NCBI GenBank assembly: GCA_965208835.1 | Contig: OZ242358.1 | Location: 3,200,001 to 3,264,000 of the forward strand | Direction: 5' to 3' | DNA: 64,000 nt | Source of the DNA: Candidatus Latescibacterota bacterium | GTDB lineage: Bacteria; Latescibacterota; UBA2968; GCA-2709665 | Part shown: piece after piece, positions 49,181 through 58,660 of the stretch | Position numbering within the stretch: the stretch's first letter is position 1 | Layout: every line of letters begins with the position of its first letter | The notes under the pieces: model-generated | Told to the model about the DNA's origin: nothing | The model's input: only the letters and a program-made list of their open reading frames with translations | The model's database searches: none | Translations under genes and position numbers: made by a program

Positions 49181-50239
49181 TCAAGCTCCTGCGACAGCGA
49201 CTTCACGCCCGGATGACGCCGATGCGTAGAGCGCGTCCATGAGCCGCTGGATTCGGACGATCTCCGTGCCCGAAACGGGAGACACCTCACCCTGACGGAC
49301 GGCGCCCAGAAATTCGTTGATCAGCTGCCTCATATCGTAGTCACACGGCTTCAGGTCGGGTGCCTCCTCACGCCACGATCGTCCGTCGTCGGTCCAGATT
49401 CCGAGCGGTGAGACGGACGCGTTACCCCGGTCTCCGAAAAATGCCCAACCCTCGTTTCTGTCAGAGGGTCCCTGATAGAAATTCCCTTCCACGGCCAGGA
49501 TCGTGTCTCCGGTCAGCCGAATGAAGCCCGCGCCGAAGTCTTCGAAATCCGGATCGAGCGACATCGGATCGACCTCGCCTGCCGGGAGTCCGGCCGGCGG
49601 CGGGCGGTCGGACCCCCTCTGATGTCGGAATGCGCTGGCGGTCAGGGGTTCGGGGTTGCCAAGAAGCCAGAGTGCGAGGTCAAGGTTGTGGATCGTCCAG
49701 TGCGCCAGTACGCCGCCACCGCATGATCCAGGCGAACTGTAGGCGATCGCCGGCCGGCCGTATGCGCACCCTCCCCACGTCCGAACGGCGTATACGTGAC
49801 CGAGGACGCCTTCCGCGAGCCGGTCTCTCAGGTACCGTGACTCGTCCCAAGTCCGGTATTCGAAGCAGATACTCAGCAGCCGGTTGTTTTTTTCGGCAGC
49901 GCGGACCATGTCCCGGGCCTCGCCCGCATCCATCGCCACGGGCTTCTCGCACAAAACGTGACATCCCGCTTCAAGGCACATCACTGTTAGGTCTCGATGG
50001 TTCGAAGGCAGCGTTGCGATACTGACGACGTCGGGCTTTGCCTTCTCGAGCATCGCCTCCGCATGCCGAAATCCGGCGACTCCAAACTGTCCGCTGGCCC
50101 GCGCCAGCCGTTCGGGATCCAGATCGCATACGCCCAAAAGCGTGCAGACCCCGGCATCCGCTGCCTCCCTGTAGGCCGGCAGATGTTGCGAGGTTGCGAT
50201 ATGACCGCACCCGATCACGGCAACTCTCGTCGGACTCAT
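49181..50239 (-). CDS. Gfo/Idh/MocA oxidoreductase
   Basis: VAVIGCGHIA, HVLCEKP, GGGVL..IHNLD. Confidence 0.93.
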   Translation of the reverse strand: MSPTRVAVIGCGHIATSQHLPAYREAADAGVCTLLGVCDLDPERLARASGQFGVAGFRHAEAMLEKAKPDVVSIATLPSNHRDLTVMCLEAGCHVLCEKPVAMDAGEARDMVRAAEKNNRLLSICFEYRTWDESRYLRDRLAEGVLGHVYAVRTWGGCAYGRPAIAYSSPGSCGGGVLAHWTIHNLDLALWLLGNPEPLTASAFRHQRGSDRPPPAGLPAGEVDPMSLDPDFEDFGAGFIRLTGDTILAVEGNFYQGPSDRNEGWAFFGDRGNASVSPLGIWTDDGRSWREEAPDLKPCDYDMRQLINEFLGAVRQGEVSPVSGTEIVRIQRLMDALYASASSGREVAVAGA

Positions 50240-50257
50240 AGGATCCTTGCGAAAAAC

Positions 50258-50460
50258 GGGTTGAGGTGAGACGGAAGACAGTAGAAGAAATGCGGTTAGA
50301 CGGGAGACGTGAGCAGGTAGATGAAATCAATGCCCGGTATGTTTTTCCTCGTTGCCCCCTGCAAGTGAAGAAACCTCACAAGACAGTCAATCTCTTCCGT
50401 CTCCCGTCTTGCGTCTACCCGCCTTTTGGCTGACGGCTGAAAGCTGGCAGCTGCTTCTGC
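50258..50460 (+). repeat. Dispersed structured repeat family A, copy 5
   Basis: GATGAAATCAATGCCCGGTATG...TTGCCCCCTGCAAGTGAAGAAACCTCACAAGACAG; CTTTTGGCTGACGGCTGA tail shared with copy 1. Confidence 0.8.
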
Positions 50461-50461
50461 A

Positions 50462-51007
50462 TCAGTTCAATAGGACTGTGCCCGTGACCCGGAGAATTTC
50501 GCAGTCCGTGAACAGCCCGTCGTCGTACGTCAGTCTGATCCCTTCACAATAATTACAGGAAGGCCCCCACGATTCGTGGTCCGCATCGGGCACGCAACCG
50601 ACCGCACTGGCTTCGATGAATCCGCCATGAGATAAGATCAACGCCCTGCCGCCTGCCGGAAGCGACCGGGCGACATTGTCGTGAAAAGCGGCCAGTTCTC
50701 TGGCGAAGTTGGCGACGACGCTGCTCGGATGTTGACGAATACAGGCAGAGAATCCGCCAAACCCCTCGTCAAAAGCTATCTCCGCGTTTGACGGCATGGA
50801 AGCCAGCAGTTCGACCTGATGGTCAACGGCATAGCCCATGGCGATGCCGGTCTCGAACGCACGCGGGACGGTACTGGTGTAAACTCTGTCGAATGCCGTC
50901 ATACCCTCCCCAACCCGCCTGGCGAGGTCAACGCCGGCCTGCGAGAGATGCTGGCCAGGTTTCGTCCGCATCGAGTGTCTTCGATGTTCGATGAATGTGA
51001 CAGACAT
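50462..51007 (-). CDS. Histidine phosphatase family protein
   Basis: RRHS, LSQAG, TSTVPRAFET, LSHGG. Confidence 0.78.
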   Translation of the reverse strand: MSVTFIEHRRHSMRTKPGQHLSQAGVDLARRVGEGMTAFDRVYTSTVPRAFETGIAMGYAVDHQVELLASMPSNAEIAFDEGFGGFSACIRQHPSSVVANFARELAAFHDNVARSLPAGGRALILSHGGFIEASAVGCVPDADHESWGPSCNYCEGIRLTYDDGLFTDCEILRVTGTVLLN

Positions 51008-51124
51008 ATACAGCACCTCACAGGTTCAGGGTTTCTCGGCTGCAGCGCCTCGCAAGTCAGTGCCCGGGAATCGTGATCGTATTGCGCGACGTATGACGTT
51101 AACCTCAATTCGAAAAAAGACAAC

Positions 51125-51415
51125 AGTCAAATTGGCCACAAAGAGCATGATTGCGGGTAGAGGGTAAACCAAAAGCGGGTAGACGGGAGCCGGTAGAAGA
51201 AACGCGGGGAGACGTTAGAGGGAAGACGGTAGATGAAGTCCTTGCCCGATATTTCGTAACTTCTCGCCTTCGGCCCGAAAAGAACCCTCACAAGTCAGGA
51301 AATCTCTCCCGTCTTGCGTCTCCCCTCTCACCAGGTGGTGGGGCGGGGTGTGGTCCTCTCCCCCTCTCCCGTCTTACGTCTCACCCGGTGGTCGGGCGGC
51401 GGGGGGAGAGATGAC
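51125..51415 (+). repeat. Dispersed structured repeat family A, copy 6
   Basis: GATGAAGTCCTTGCCCGAT...GCCTTCGGCCCGAAAAGAACCCTCACAAGTCAGGAAATCTCTCCCGTCTTGCGTCT. Confidence 0.8.
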
Positions 51416-51519
51416 GAACACGTCCAGCGACCTGGTGTATCCTGGTAATCCGCCTTCTAATCGCCTTTATTAACGAGTACATATTCGAATTAACGTCCAC
51501 GAAAACTTACGAATCACGG

Positions 51520-52410
51520 TCAACCCGCGCTTCGGAAAAACGCCATCAGGTCTTCACGTGCCCGACGACTTCCGTGGACAATGCTGTGAGGTTCGTCTTT
51601 ATACAACCTGAACTCGGCGCCGGGGACCCTCGCTGCCAGATCCCTGCCCCAATCCACCGGTACTTCCCGGTCTCTTGCGCCGTGAACGACAAGCGTTGGC
51701 GCCCGCAGGCGTTTACATTCGACAGACATATCTTTGTCAATGTACGCGTCAATCGACCTCAACTGGGTCTCGTACCACGCCTCGCGATCCTCCAGGCCGG
51801 ACTTCGCCACAAGCCTGCTGACTCGCTCGTCGTATTCCGCCAGCGTTCCCCGTTCCTCCATCTCGTCGCGTTCCCAGAGGACGTCGAGAGAAAGTTCGAC
51901 ACCTTCGGGCCGGCACTTCCAGGCAGCCTCAGATCCCTGTTTATAAAGGATTTCCAACTGTTTTTTAACAATACAGGTAACAGGATCTTCGTCCGGCCAG
52001 AGATGCGCCGCGGTTCCGGCCAAAACCAGTGTCCTGACACGTTCCGGGAAATGCGTTGCAAAGAGGATCGCTATCGGACCCCCGGCGGAGGAACCGATGA
52101 CGTGCGCGCATTCGATGTCGAGGTGGTCCAGCAATTCGACCAAATCGCGCGCCTGGTTCTCCAGGTCATAGCCCGACTCCGTGCGGGAAGACAGCCAGCA
52201 GCCCCGGCGGTCGTACATCACATACCGGAATTCCGACGTGAAATCCATCTCCCATCCCCACCCGCCTCCTGGGTCGGCACGGAGATGCATGTCAAGAGAC
52301 GGGAAGCCACCGTGAACAAACGCGATGACTTCACCTTCTCCTCGGACGTCATAGAACATACGGAAGCCGTTTATATATGTATAGGGCACAGTCTTTGGAT
52401 CCTTACGCAT
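51520..52410 (-). CDS. Alpha/beta hydrolase
   Basis: FVHGG, YDRRG, GSSAGG nucleophile elbow, HGARD, PHS. Confidence 0.9.
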   Translation of the reverse strand: MRKDPKTVPYTYINGFRMFYDVRGEGEVIAFVHGGFPSLDMHLRADPGGGWGWEMDFTSEFRYVMYDRRGCWLSSRTESGYDLENQARDLVELLDHLDIECAHVIGSSAGGPIAILFATHFPERVRTLVLAGTAAHLWPDEDPVTCIVKKQLEILYKQGSEAAWKCRPEGVELSLDVLWERDEMEERGTLAEYDERVSRLVAKSGLEDREAWYETQLRSIDAYIDKDMSVECKRLRAPTLVVHGARDREVPVDWGRDLAARVPGAEFRLYKDEPHSIVHGSRRAREDLMAFFRSAG

Positions 52411-52638
52411 AGCACGCAATCAGATTGTCGATTATCTATCGATCCGCTTCGAACGCCAGGTCGACGGGAAATTTGTCACGTGCGAACCGTCCGTCCTCAG
52501 CCGGGTTGTCACCTGCCGCATCGTTGCCATATAAAAACGTAAGGAATCACACTCATATACGCAGGTACGAATCAGGTGTCAAGGTCAATTCCCCGAATGC
52601 GCCGCCATTTTTGCGGCTGCTTTCCAGCTTCCGTTTAC

Positions 52639-52667
52639 TTGACGAAGCCGATCGTTTCGTGTATACT
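52639..52667 (+). promoter_or_regulatory. Sigma-70 promoter for the leader peptide/lipoprotein/TonB locus
   Basis: TTGACG-N17-TATACT, 48 nt before ATG 52715. Confidence 0.7.
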
Positions 52668-52714
52668 ACCAATTGAAATCCTGTAGGTTCTGTGTTCTTC
52701 CGGAGAAGGTAAGG

Positions 52715-53218
52715 ATGTTTTCGCCCTTCAGACGGCTTCATCCGGTTGTCGTTTTCGCCCTTGCAATATTCGCGGGATACGTTGCGGTCTTTCTACTTGC
52801 CGCCTTCGCCGGACACGATCACGAACAGCAAGGTCACGATCATGAATGTGCTGTCTGCGCCTGGTTCGGCAACCTGAGCATCATTCTGCCGGCAGTGCTG
52901 GTGCTGCAACTTTGCTTTCTGTATTTCAGGCAGGGTTATTTCTCGTTCCGTTCCCCGCACTCTTTCCTCTTTCTGCCGGAAGGACGCGCGTCCCGTGTCC
53001 TGAACCATTTCGGTGTCCTGTCCCGGAAATTTCTCACCATTCGACTGCCGATTCATCCCGTTTCGCTACGTTCCCCTCGCTCGAATCCGCGCGTGCAGAA
53101 GTGGGGCTCGGTTCTGCACGCGGGTAGACTCTCGGGATTGGGTATCGTGCATTCGCGCCCCTCTCCGGGACACGCTACATCCACAACGCCAGATGACCGG
53201 CCCGGCGGATTTGCCTGA
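52715..53218 (+). pseudogene. DUF2946-like leader peptide copy 1, RAPP motif lost by frameshift
   Basis: TM helix, HDHEQQGHDHECAVC, then EGRA|SRVL; copy 2 has EGRAPPVS*. TCCC replaces CCTCCT, so TGA 53001-53003 is out of frame. Confidence 0.75.
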
Positions 53219-53306
53219 CGGCACAACCGCAGTTCGTCTGCCATACTGGCGGATGTTCATGCAATTTTCGGGGCGAAGTGACGTATAGGCACACTGGAGT
53301 ACTTTA
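53081..53306 (+). promoter_or_regulatory. Conserved structured 5' leader, copy 1
   Basis: Homologous to 55566-55805 and more distantly 58410-58660; 11-bp stem CGCGTGCAGAA/TTCTGCACGCG at 53090-53122. Confidence 0.6.
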
Positions 53307-54572
53307 ATGTTCAGCATGCTGAAGTTGAAGACATCCCTTCGCTGGATTGTGACGGCGGCGGTTTTTGCCGTGTTCGCGTCCGGTTGTGGTAAAGAAGACC
53401 CCATCACGCAGCAGGAAGAGCATTACGAAGCCGAAGGCCTCGTCCTCCTCGACTCCGGCGAGCGGTTCTTTCGTTATTTCCAGGGCAGGATCGACTCGGG
53501 CGAAGGCAGAGCGGAAATCCTGGCGGTCGCTCACGGCGAAGTCACCAGCAAGTGGAGCATTCGCTTCCTGGACAAAGACGGAAACGAAATGGCGCCCCCC
53601 ACCGGCGAGGGCTTCAGTTTCACGTGGGAGATCGCGGACACGTCAATCGTGGAGGTCGTCCAGGACGCGGGGGAAGCGGGTAAATTCGTCTTCGCCCTGC
53701 GCGGCCTCGAAGATGGCGAAACCACCATCAAGCTTCAGATTTCGCACGAGGGGCACATCGACTTCACCACGGTGCCGCTCCCGGTGTACGTGGTAGAAGA
53801 GCACTCGTCCCATTTCAATGCGGAAGGGCTTGTCATCATCGAATCCGGCGTTCGATTCTTTCGCTATTTCCAGGGCGAGATCGACTCGGGCGAAGGTCGG
53901 GCATCGGAACTCACGGCCCCAATTGGCCTGACGCCTCACTGGCGCATCATGTTTCTGGACGAACACGGCGATGAAAAGGACCCGCCGGACGATCCGGTAT
54001 TCACGTTGGGCTGGACCATTGCCAACCCCGACGTTCTCGAAGTCGTTCAGGACGAGGGCGACGAAGGTTCATTCGAGTTTCACCTGCGCGGCTTGCAGGA
54101 GGGCCAAACCACGATTGTATTCGAAGTCTGGCACGAAGGGCACGTTGACTACACCACACGACCCATTCCCGTACACGTGGAGTCACAGGAGGGCCAGCAC
54201 GGCGAACCCGTGGGCGTTCGGCTTAAGGAAGAAGACAGTGACGAGTTGCTTACACAGGCGCCGGTTAAGGGAGAAGGCGAAGCCACCGAGGCCCTGACCG
54301 TTGCCGTAGGCGACACAACCGACCACGTCGCGACATTCTTCTTTGACGAAGACGACGTTGAATTCCAGCCGGAAGCGCCCGATCACACGCTGGGCATCGC
54401 GGTGGCCGACACCTCGCTGCTCGCCATCGATCCGCCCGCAGCGCCCGAATACTGGGCGTTCAGACTCATCGGCAAGAAAGCGGGCACGACCACCATTACG
54501 CTTTCCATTTTACACGACGGCGAGGCGGAGGACGAATTCGCGCCCATTTCGGTAGCAATCACCGCACAATAG
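53307..54572 (+). CDS. His/acidic-rich lipoprotein with three ~125-aa repeated domains, putative metal-binding
   Basis: FASGC lipobox; repeated AEGLV..RFFRYFQG..H(E/D)GHxD(F/Y)T.P.PV; upstream of a TonB receptor. Confidence 0.85.
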   Translation: MFSMLKLKTSLRWIVTAAVFAVFASGCGKEDPITQQEEHYEAEGLVLLDSGERFFRYFQGRIDSGEGRAEILAVAHGEVTSKWSIRFLDKDGNEMAPPTGEGFSFTWEIADTSIVEVVQDAGEAGKFVFALRGLEDGETTIKLQISHEGHIDFTTVPLPVYVVEEHSSHFNAEGLVIIESGVRFFRYFQGEIDSGEGRASELTAPIGLTPHWRIMFLDEHGDEKDPPDDPVFTLGWTIANPDVLEVVQDEGDEGSFEFHLRGLQEGQTTIVFEVWHEGHVDYTTRPIPVHVESQEGQHGEPVGVRLKEEDSDELLTQAPVKGEGEATEALTVAVGDTTDHVATFFFDEDDVEFQPEAPDHTLGIAVADTSLLAIDPPAAPEYWAFRLIGKKAGTTTITLSILHDGEAEDEFAPISVAITAQ

Positions 54573-54597
54573 CAGGAAACGTGGGGAAGGGTTGGTT

Positions 54598-54662
54598 CTA
54601 GCAGTCCGTTAATAAAGTCGCTCTCCAGGAAGCCTGGATGGGCTTTTTCAACGGGCTGCCAG
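54598..54662. mobile_element. Minimal MITE made of two IS5-like inverted ends
   Basis: CTAGCAGTCCGTTAATAAAGTC vs reverse complement CTGGCAGCCCGTTGAAAAAGCC; absent from the paralogous site near 58210. Confidence 0.6.
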
Positions 54663-54938
54663 CCCTCCCTCCCTCTGCAACGTCGGAGTACATTGCAGAT
54701 GACTCACGTATACAGGATAAGGCTTTTGCCCGGATTGTCTGCCTGATCACCGAGCCTGGCAGGCGGCCCTCACAATCTACAACCTGCCGGACCGACGGGT
54801 CCGTGTTCCTGTACGGGATCACCAGAACCCTGGCCGGTACGAGGTCCTGCGGGTCGAACGGAACGGGTTCGGAATTTACGTTTCCGGTATTTTATGGCTG
54901 TATCCAGGTTCGTTTTGCGCTCATCTGGAGACCGCAGG

Positions 54939-55235
54939 ATGTCTTTTTCCTCCCGACGGATTCACCCGGTTGTCGTTATCGCGCTGGTGATATTCGCGGC
55001 CTACCTGGCGGTATTCCTGCTTGCCGCGTTCCCCGAACACGATCATAATCAACCATGTCACGATCACGATCAACCATGTGCCGTCTGCGGCTGGTTCAAC
55101 AACCTGAGCATCATTCTGCCGGCAGTGCTGGTGCTGCAACTTTGCTTTCTGTATTTCAGGCAGGGTTTTTTCTCGTTCCGTTCCCCGCACTATACCCTCC
55201 TTCTGCCGGAAGGACGCGCGCCTCCTGTGTCCTGA
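54939..55235 (+). CDS. DUF2946-like leader peptide copy 2, intact (His-rich, CxxC, C-terminal RAPP)
   Basis: TM helix, HDHNQPCHDHDQPCAVC, hydrophobic stretch, EGRAPPVS*. Confidence 0.8.
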   Translation: MSFSSRRIHPVVVIALVIFAAYLAVFLLAAFPEHDHNQPCHDHDQPCAVCGWFNNLSIILPAVLVLQLCFLYFRQGFFSFRSPHYTLLLPEGRAPPVS

Positions 55236-55302
55236 ACCATCCTGGTGTCATGTCCCGTAAATTTCTCACCATTCGACTGCCGATTCATCCCGTCTCGCTG
55301 AA

Positions 55303-55470
55303 ACGTGGTCATTGAGCTTGTCGAAATGCCCGCGTTTCAATATCCGTCGTTGGTTAATCTATATCCCTTCGCCGACCCTTCGACAAGCTCAGGGAGCGGC
55401 TCAGGTCTCACCCGCTGGTTCCTGAGCCTGTCGAAGGATGCGAGCCGGGCGACTAAGCTGTCGAATTCAG
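55303..55470. repeat. REP-like cluster (TGAGCTTGTCGAA / TTCGACAAGCTCA)
   Basis: TGAGCTTGTCGAA, CCTTCGACAAGCTCAGG, CCTGAGCCTGTCGAAGG; absent from copy 1. Confidence 0.65.
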
Positions 55471-55565
55471 GCAACCTATTTCCGGGACAGAACACCGGCG
55501 TGTCTTCCTGACACGTCTTCCGTACTTCCAGATTTTTTCAAACAGGTCATTCCAGGTCGGCCCTG

Positions 55566-55805
55566 GCTCGAATCCGCGCGTGCAGAAGCGTGGATCGGTT
55601 CTGCACGCGGGTAGACTCTCGGGATTGGGCAAAGCGCATTCCCGCCCCTCTCCGGGTCAGTCGACACCCGTATCGCCGGATGACCGGCCCAACGGGTTTG
55701 CCTGTCGGCAACTTGCCGGCACAACCGCAGTTCGTCTGCCACGCGGGCGGATGTTCATGATATTTTTAGGGGCGAAGTGAGATTCCAGTACACAGGAGAA
55801 CATTA
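55566..55805 (+). promoter_or_regulatory. Conserved structured 5' leader, copy 2
   Basis: Same 11-bp stem at 55577-55609 with a different loop. Confidence 0.6.
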
Positions 55806-58184
55806 ATGTTCAGCATGCTGAAGATGAAAACATACCATCACTGGATTGCAACAGCGGCGGTTCTTGCCGTGTTCCTGTCCGGTTGTGGAAAAGAAGACCC
55901 CATTACGCAACAGGAAGAGCATTATGAAGCCGAAGGCCTCGTCCTTCTCGACGGAGGCCAGCGGTTCTTCCGGTATTTCCAGGGCAGGATCGACTCGGGG
56001 GACGGCCGTGCGGAAGCCCTGGAGGTCGGTCACGGCGAAGTCACCAGCAAGTGGAGCATCCGCTTCCTGGACAGGGAAGGCAACGAAATGGCGCCCCCCA
56101 CCGGCGAGGGTTTCAGCTTCACGTGGGAAATTGCGGACACGTCGATTGTGGAAGTCGTTCAGGACGCGAGCGAAGTGGGCAAATTCGTCTTCGCCCTGCG
56201 CGGCCTCAAAGATGGTGAAACCACCATCAAGCTTCAGATTGCACACGAAGGACACATCGACTTCACCACGGTGCCGCTGCCGGTACACGTGGGAGGAGAG
56301 TTCGAGGCGGAAGGGCTCGTCATTATCGAATCCGGCGTTCGATTCTTCCGTTACTTCCAGGGCGAAATCGACTCTGGCGACGGTCGGGTATCGGAACTCA
56401 CGGCGCCGGTTGGCATGACGCCCCACTGGCGCATCATGTTTCTGGATGAAAACGGCGATGAAATAGATCCGCCGGAGGATCCCGAATTCACGTTCGGCTG
56501 GACCATCGCCGACCCCGACGTGGTCGAAGTCGTTCAAGACGAGGGCGACGAGGGTTTATTTGAGTTCCACCTGCGCGGCTTGAAGGGGGGCGAAACCACC
56601 ATCGTGTTGAAGGTCGAACACGACGGACACACGGATTTCAGCACCAAACCCATTCCCGTCCACGTGGAAGAAGAGTTCGCGGCGGAAGGGCTTGTCCTCA
56701 TCGAATCCGGCGTTCGATTCTTCCGTTACTTCCAGGGCGAAATCGACTCTGGCGACGGTCGGGTATCGGAACTCGAAGTACCGGTCGGCCTGACGCCACA
56801 CTGGGGCATCAAGTTTCTGGACGAAAACGGCGATGAAATAGATCCGCCGGACGATCCGGAGTTCACGTTGGGCTGGACCATCGCCGATCCCAACGTGCTA
56901 GAAGTCGTTCAGGACGAGGGCGACGAGGGTTCTTTCGAGTTTCACCTGCGCGGCTTGAAGGGGGGCGAAACCACCATCGTGTTGAAGGTCGAACACGACG
57001 GACACACGGATTTCAGCACCAAACCCATTCCCGTGCACGTGGAAGAAGAGTTCGCGGCGGAAGGGCTTGTTCTCATCGAATCCGGCGTTCGATTCTTCCG
57101 TTACTTCCAGGGCGAAATCGACTCTGGCGACGGTCGGGTTTCGGAACTCGAAGTACCGGTCGGCCTGACGCCACACTGGGGCATCAAGTTTCTGGACGAA
57201 AACGGCGATGAAATAGATCCGCCGGACGATCCGGAGTTCACGTTGGGCTGGACCATTGCCGATCCCAGCGTGCTCGAAGTCGTCCAGGACGCGGGCGACG
57301 AGGGTTCTTTCGAGTTCCATCTGCGTGGCTTGCAGAAGGGCGAGACCACCATCGTGTTGAAGGTCGACCACGATGGACACACGGATTTCACCACCAAACC
57401 CATTCCCGTGCACGTGGAAGAAGAGTTCGCGGCGGAAGGGCTTGTTCTCATCGAATCCGGCGTTCGATTCTTCCGTTACTTCCAGGGCGAAATCGACTCT
57501 GGCAACGGTCGGGTATCGGAACTCGATGTACCGATCGGCCTGACGCCGCACTGGCGCATCAAGTTTCTTGACGAAAACGGCGATGAAATCGACCCGCCGG
57601 AGGATCCGGAGTTCACGTTCGGCTGGACCATTGCCGACCCCAACGTACTCGAAGTCGTCCAGGACGCGGGCGACGAGGGTTCTTTCGAGTTCCACCTGCG
57701 CGGCTTGCAGGAGGGCGAAACCACGATTGTATTCGAAGTCAGACACGATGGGCACGTTGACTATATGACACAGCCCATTCACGTACACGTGGAGGCACAG
57801 GAGGGTCAACACGAGGACCCCGTTGGTGTGCGGCTTAAGGATGAAGACAGCGACGACGTTCTCACCCAGGCGCCGCTGAAGGGAGAAGGCAATGCTACCG
57901 AGGATCTGACGGTTGCCGCAGGTGATTCGACCGACCACATCGTGGCGTTCTTCTTTGACGAACACGACGTGGAATTCCAGCCGGAGGCGCCCGACCACAC
58001 GCTGGGCATCGCGGTGGCCGACACCTCGTTGCTCGCCATCGATCCGCCTGTAGCGCCCGAATACTGGGCCTTCAGACTCATTGGCAAGAAAGCTGGTACC
58101 ACCTCAATCACCCTTTCCATTCTCCACGACGGCGAGACGGAAGAAGAATTCGCGCCGATATCGGTGGAGATCACCGCACCATAG
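55806..58184 (+). CDS. His/acidic-rich lipoprotein with six repeated domains; paralog of 53307-54572
   Basis: FLSGC lipobox; 375-nt tandem units beginning at 56301, 56676, 57051 and 57426. Confidence 0.88.
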   Translation: MFSMLKMKTYHHWIATAAVLAVFLSGCGKEDPITQQEEHYEAEGLVLLDGGQRFFRYFQGRIDSGDGRAEALEVGHGEVTSKWSIRFLDREGNEMAPPTGEGFSFTWEIADTSIVEVVQDASEVGKFVFALRGLKDGETTIKLQIAHEGHIDFTTVPLPVHVGGEFEAEGLVIIESGVRFFRYFQGEIDSGDGRVSELTAPVGMTPHWRIMFLDENGDEIDPPEDPEFTFGWTIADPDVVEVVQDEGDEGLFEFHLRGLKGGETTIVLKVEHDGHTDFSTKPIPVHVEEEFAAEGLVLIESGVRFFRYFQGEIDSGDGRVSELEVPVGLTPHWGIKFLDENGDEIDPPDDPEFTLGWTIADPNVLEVVQDEGDEGSFEFHLRGLKGGETTIVLKVEHDGHTDFSTKPIPVHVEEEFAAEGLVLIESGVRFFRYFQGEIDSGDGRVSELEVPVGLTPHWGIKFLDENGDEIDPPDDPEFTLGWTIADPSVLEVVQDAGDEGSFEFHLRGLQKGETTIVLKVDHDGHTDFTTKPIPVHVEEEFAAEGLVLIESGVRFFRYFQGEIDSGNGRVSELDVPIGLTPHWRIKFLDENGDEIDPPEDPEFTFGWTIADPNVLEVVQDAGDEGSFEFHLRGLQEGETTIVFEVRHDGHVDYMTQPIHVHVEAQEGQHEDPVGVRLKDEDSDDVLTQAPLKGEGNATEDLTVAAGDSTDHIVAFFFDEHDVEFQPEAPDHTLGIAVADTSLLAIDPPVAPEYWAFRLIGKKAGTTSITLSILHDGETEEEFAPISVEITAP
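56301..57791 (+). repeat. Four near-identical 375-bp intragenic tandem repeats
   Basis: Exact 375-nt period of ATCGAATCCGGCGTTCGATTCTTCCGTTACTTCCAGGGCGAAATCGACTCTGGC. Confidence 0.92.
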
Positions 58185-58660
58185 CTGGAAGCACGGCGGG
58201 AGGGCGAGAACCGCCCTCCCGCCTGCTGCAACGTCTGAAAACTCTGCAGATAGATGAACTACACAGGATGAGGCTTCTGCCCGGATTGTCGGCCTGATGC
58301 CCGAGCCCGCCAGGCGGACCTCACAATTTTCAACCTGCCGGGCCGACGGGTCCGGATTCTGGTACGGGATCAACAGAGCGGGGCCGGCACGACGTCCTGG
58401 TCTTTTAAATCAGGTCATTCCAGGTCGGCCCCGACTCGATCAGAAATGCGGCACGGATCGACGCGGATGGACCCTTGGGACCGCGTATCGCGGATTCCCG
58501 CCCGTCGTGGGTTCAGGCTACGTCCGCAAGTGCGGGTAATCCGCCCGGAAATCTGGCATTTCGCCAACATACCGGCGAATCTGCGGTTCGTTCACTACGT
58601 CGGCGGATGCTCACGATTGATTCGGAGCGAAATGAGATTCCGGTACACTGGAGAAAAATA

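Noticed and set aside
52520-52714. Zur/Fur box upstream of the metal-uptake locus
   Set aside because: No convincing AT-rich palindrome overlaps the promoter
56301-57791. Regular repeats as a CRISPR array
   Set aside because: Units are 375 bp, in frame and coding, with no unique spacers; no cas genes are present
58475-58660. N-terminal extension of the TonB receptor in the ORF track
   Set aside because: The RBS, signal peptide and homology to the other two leaders place the start at 58661
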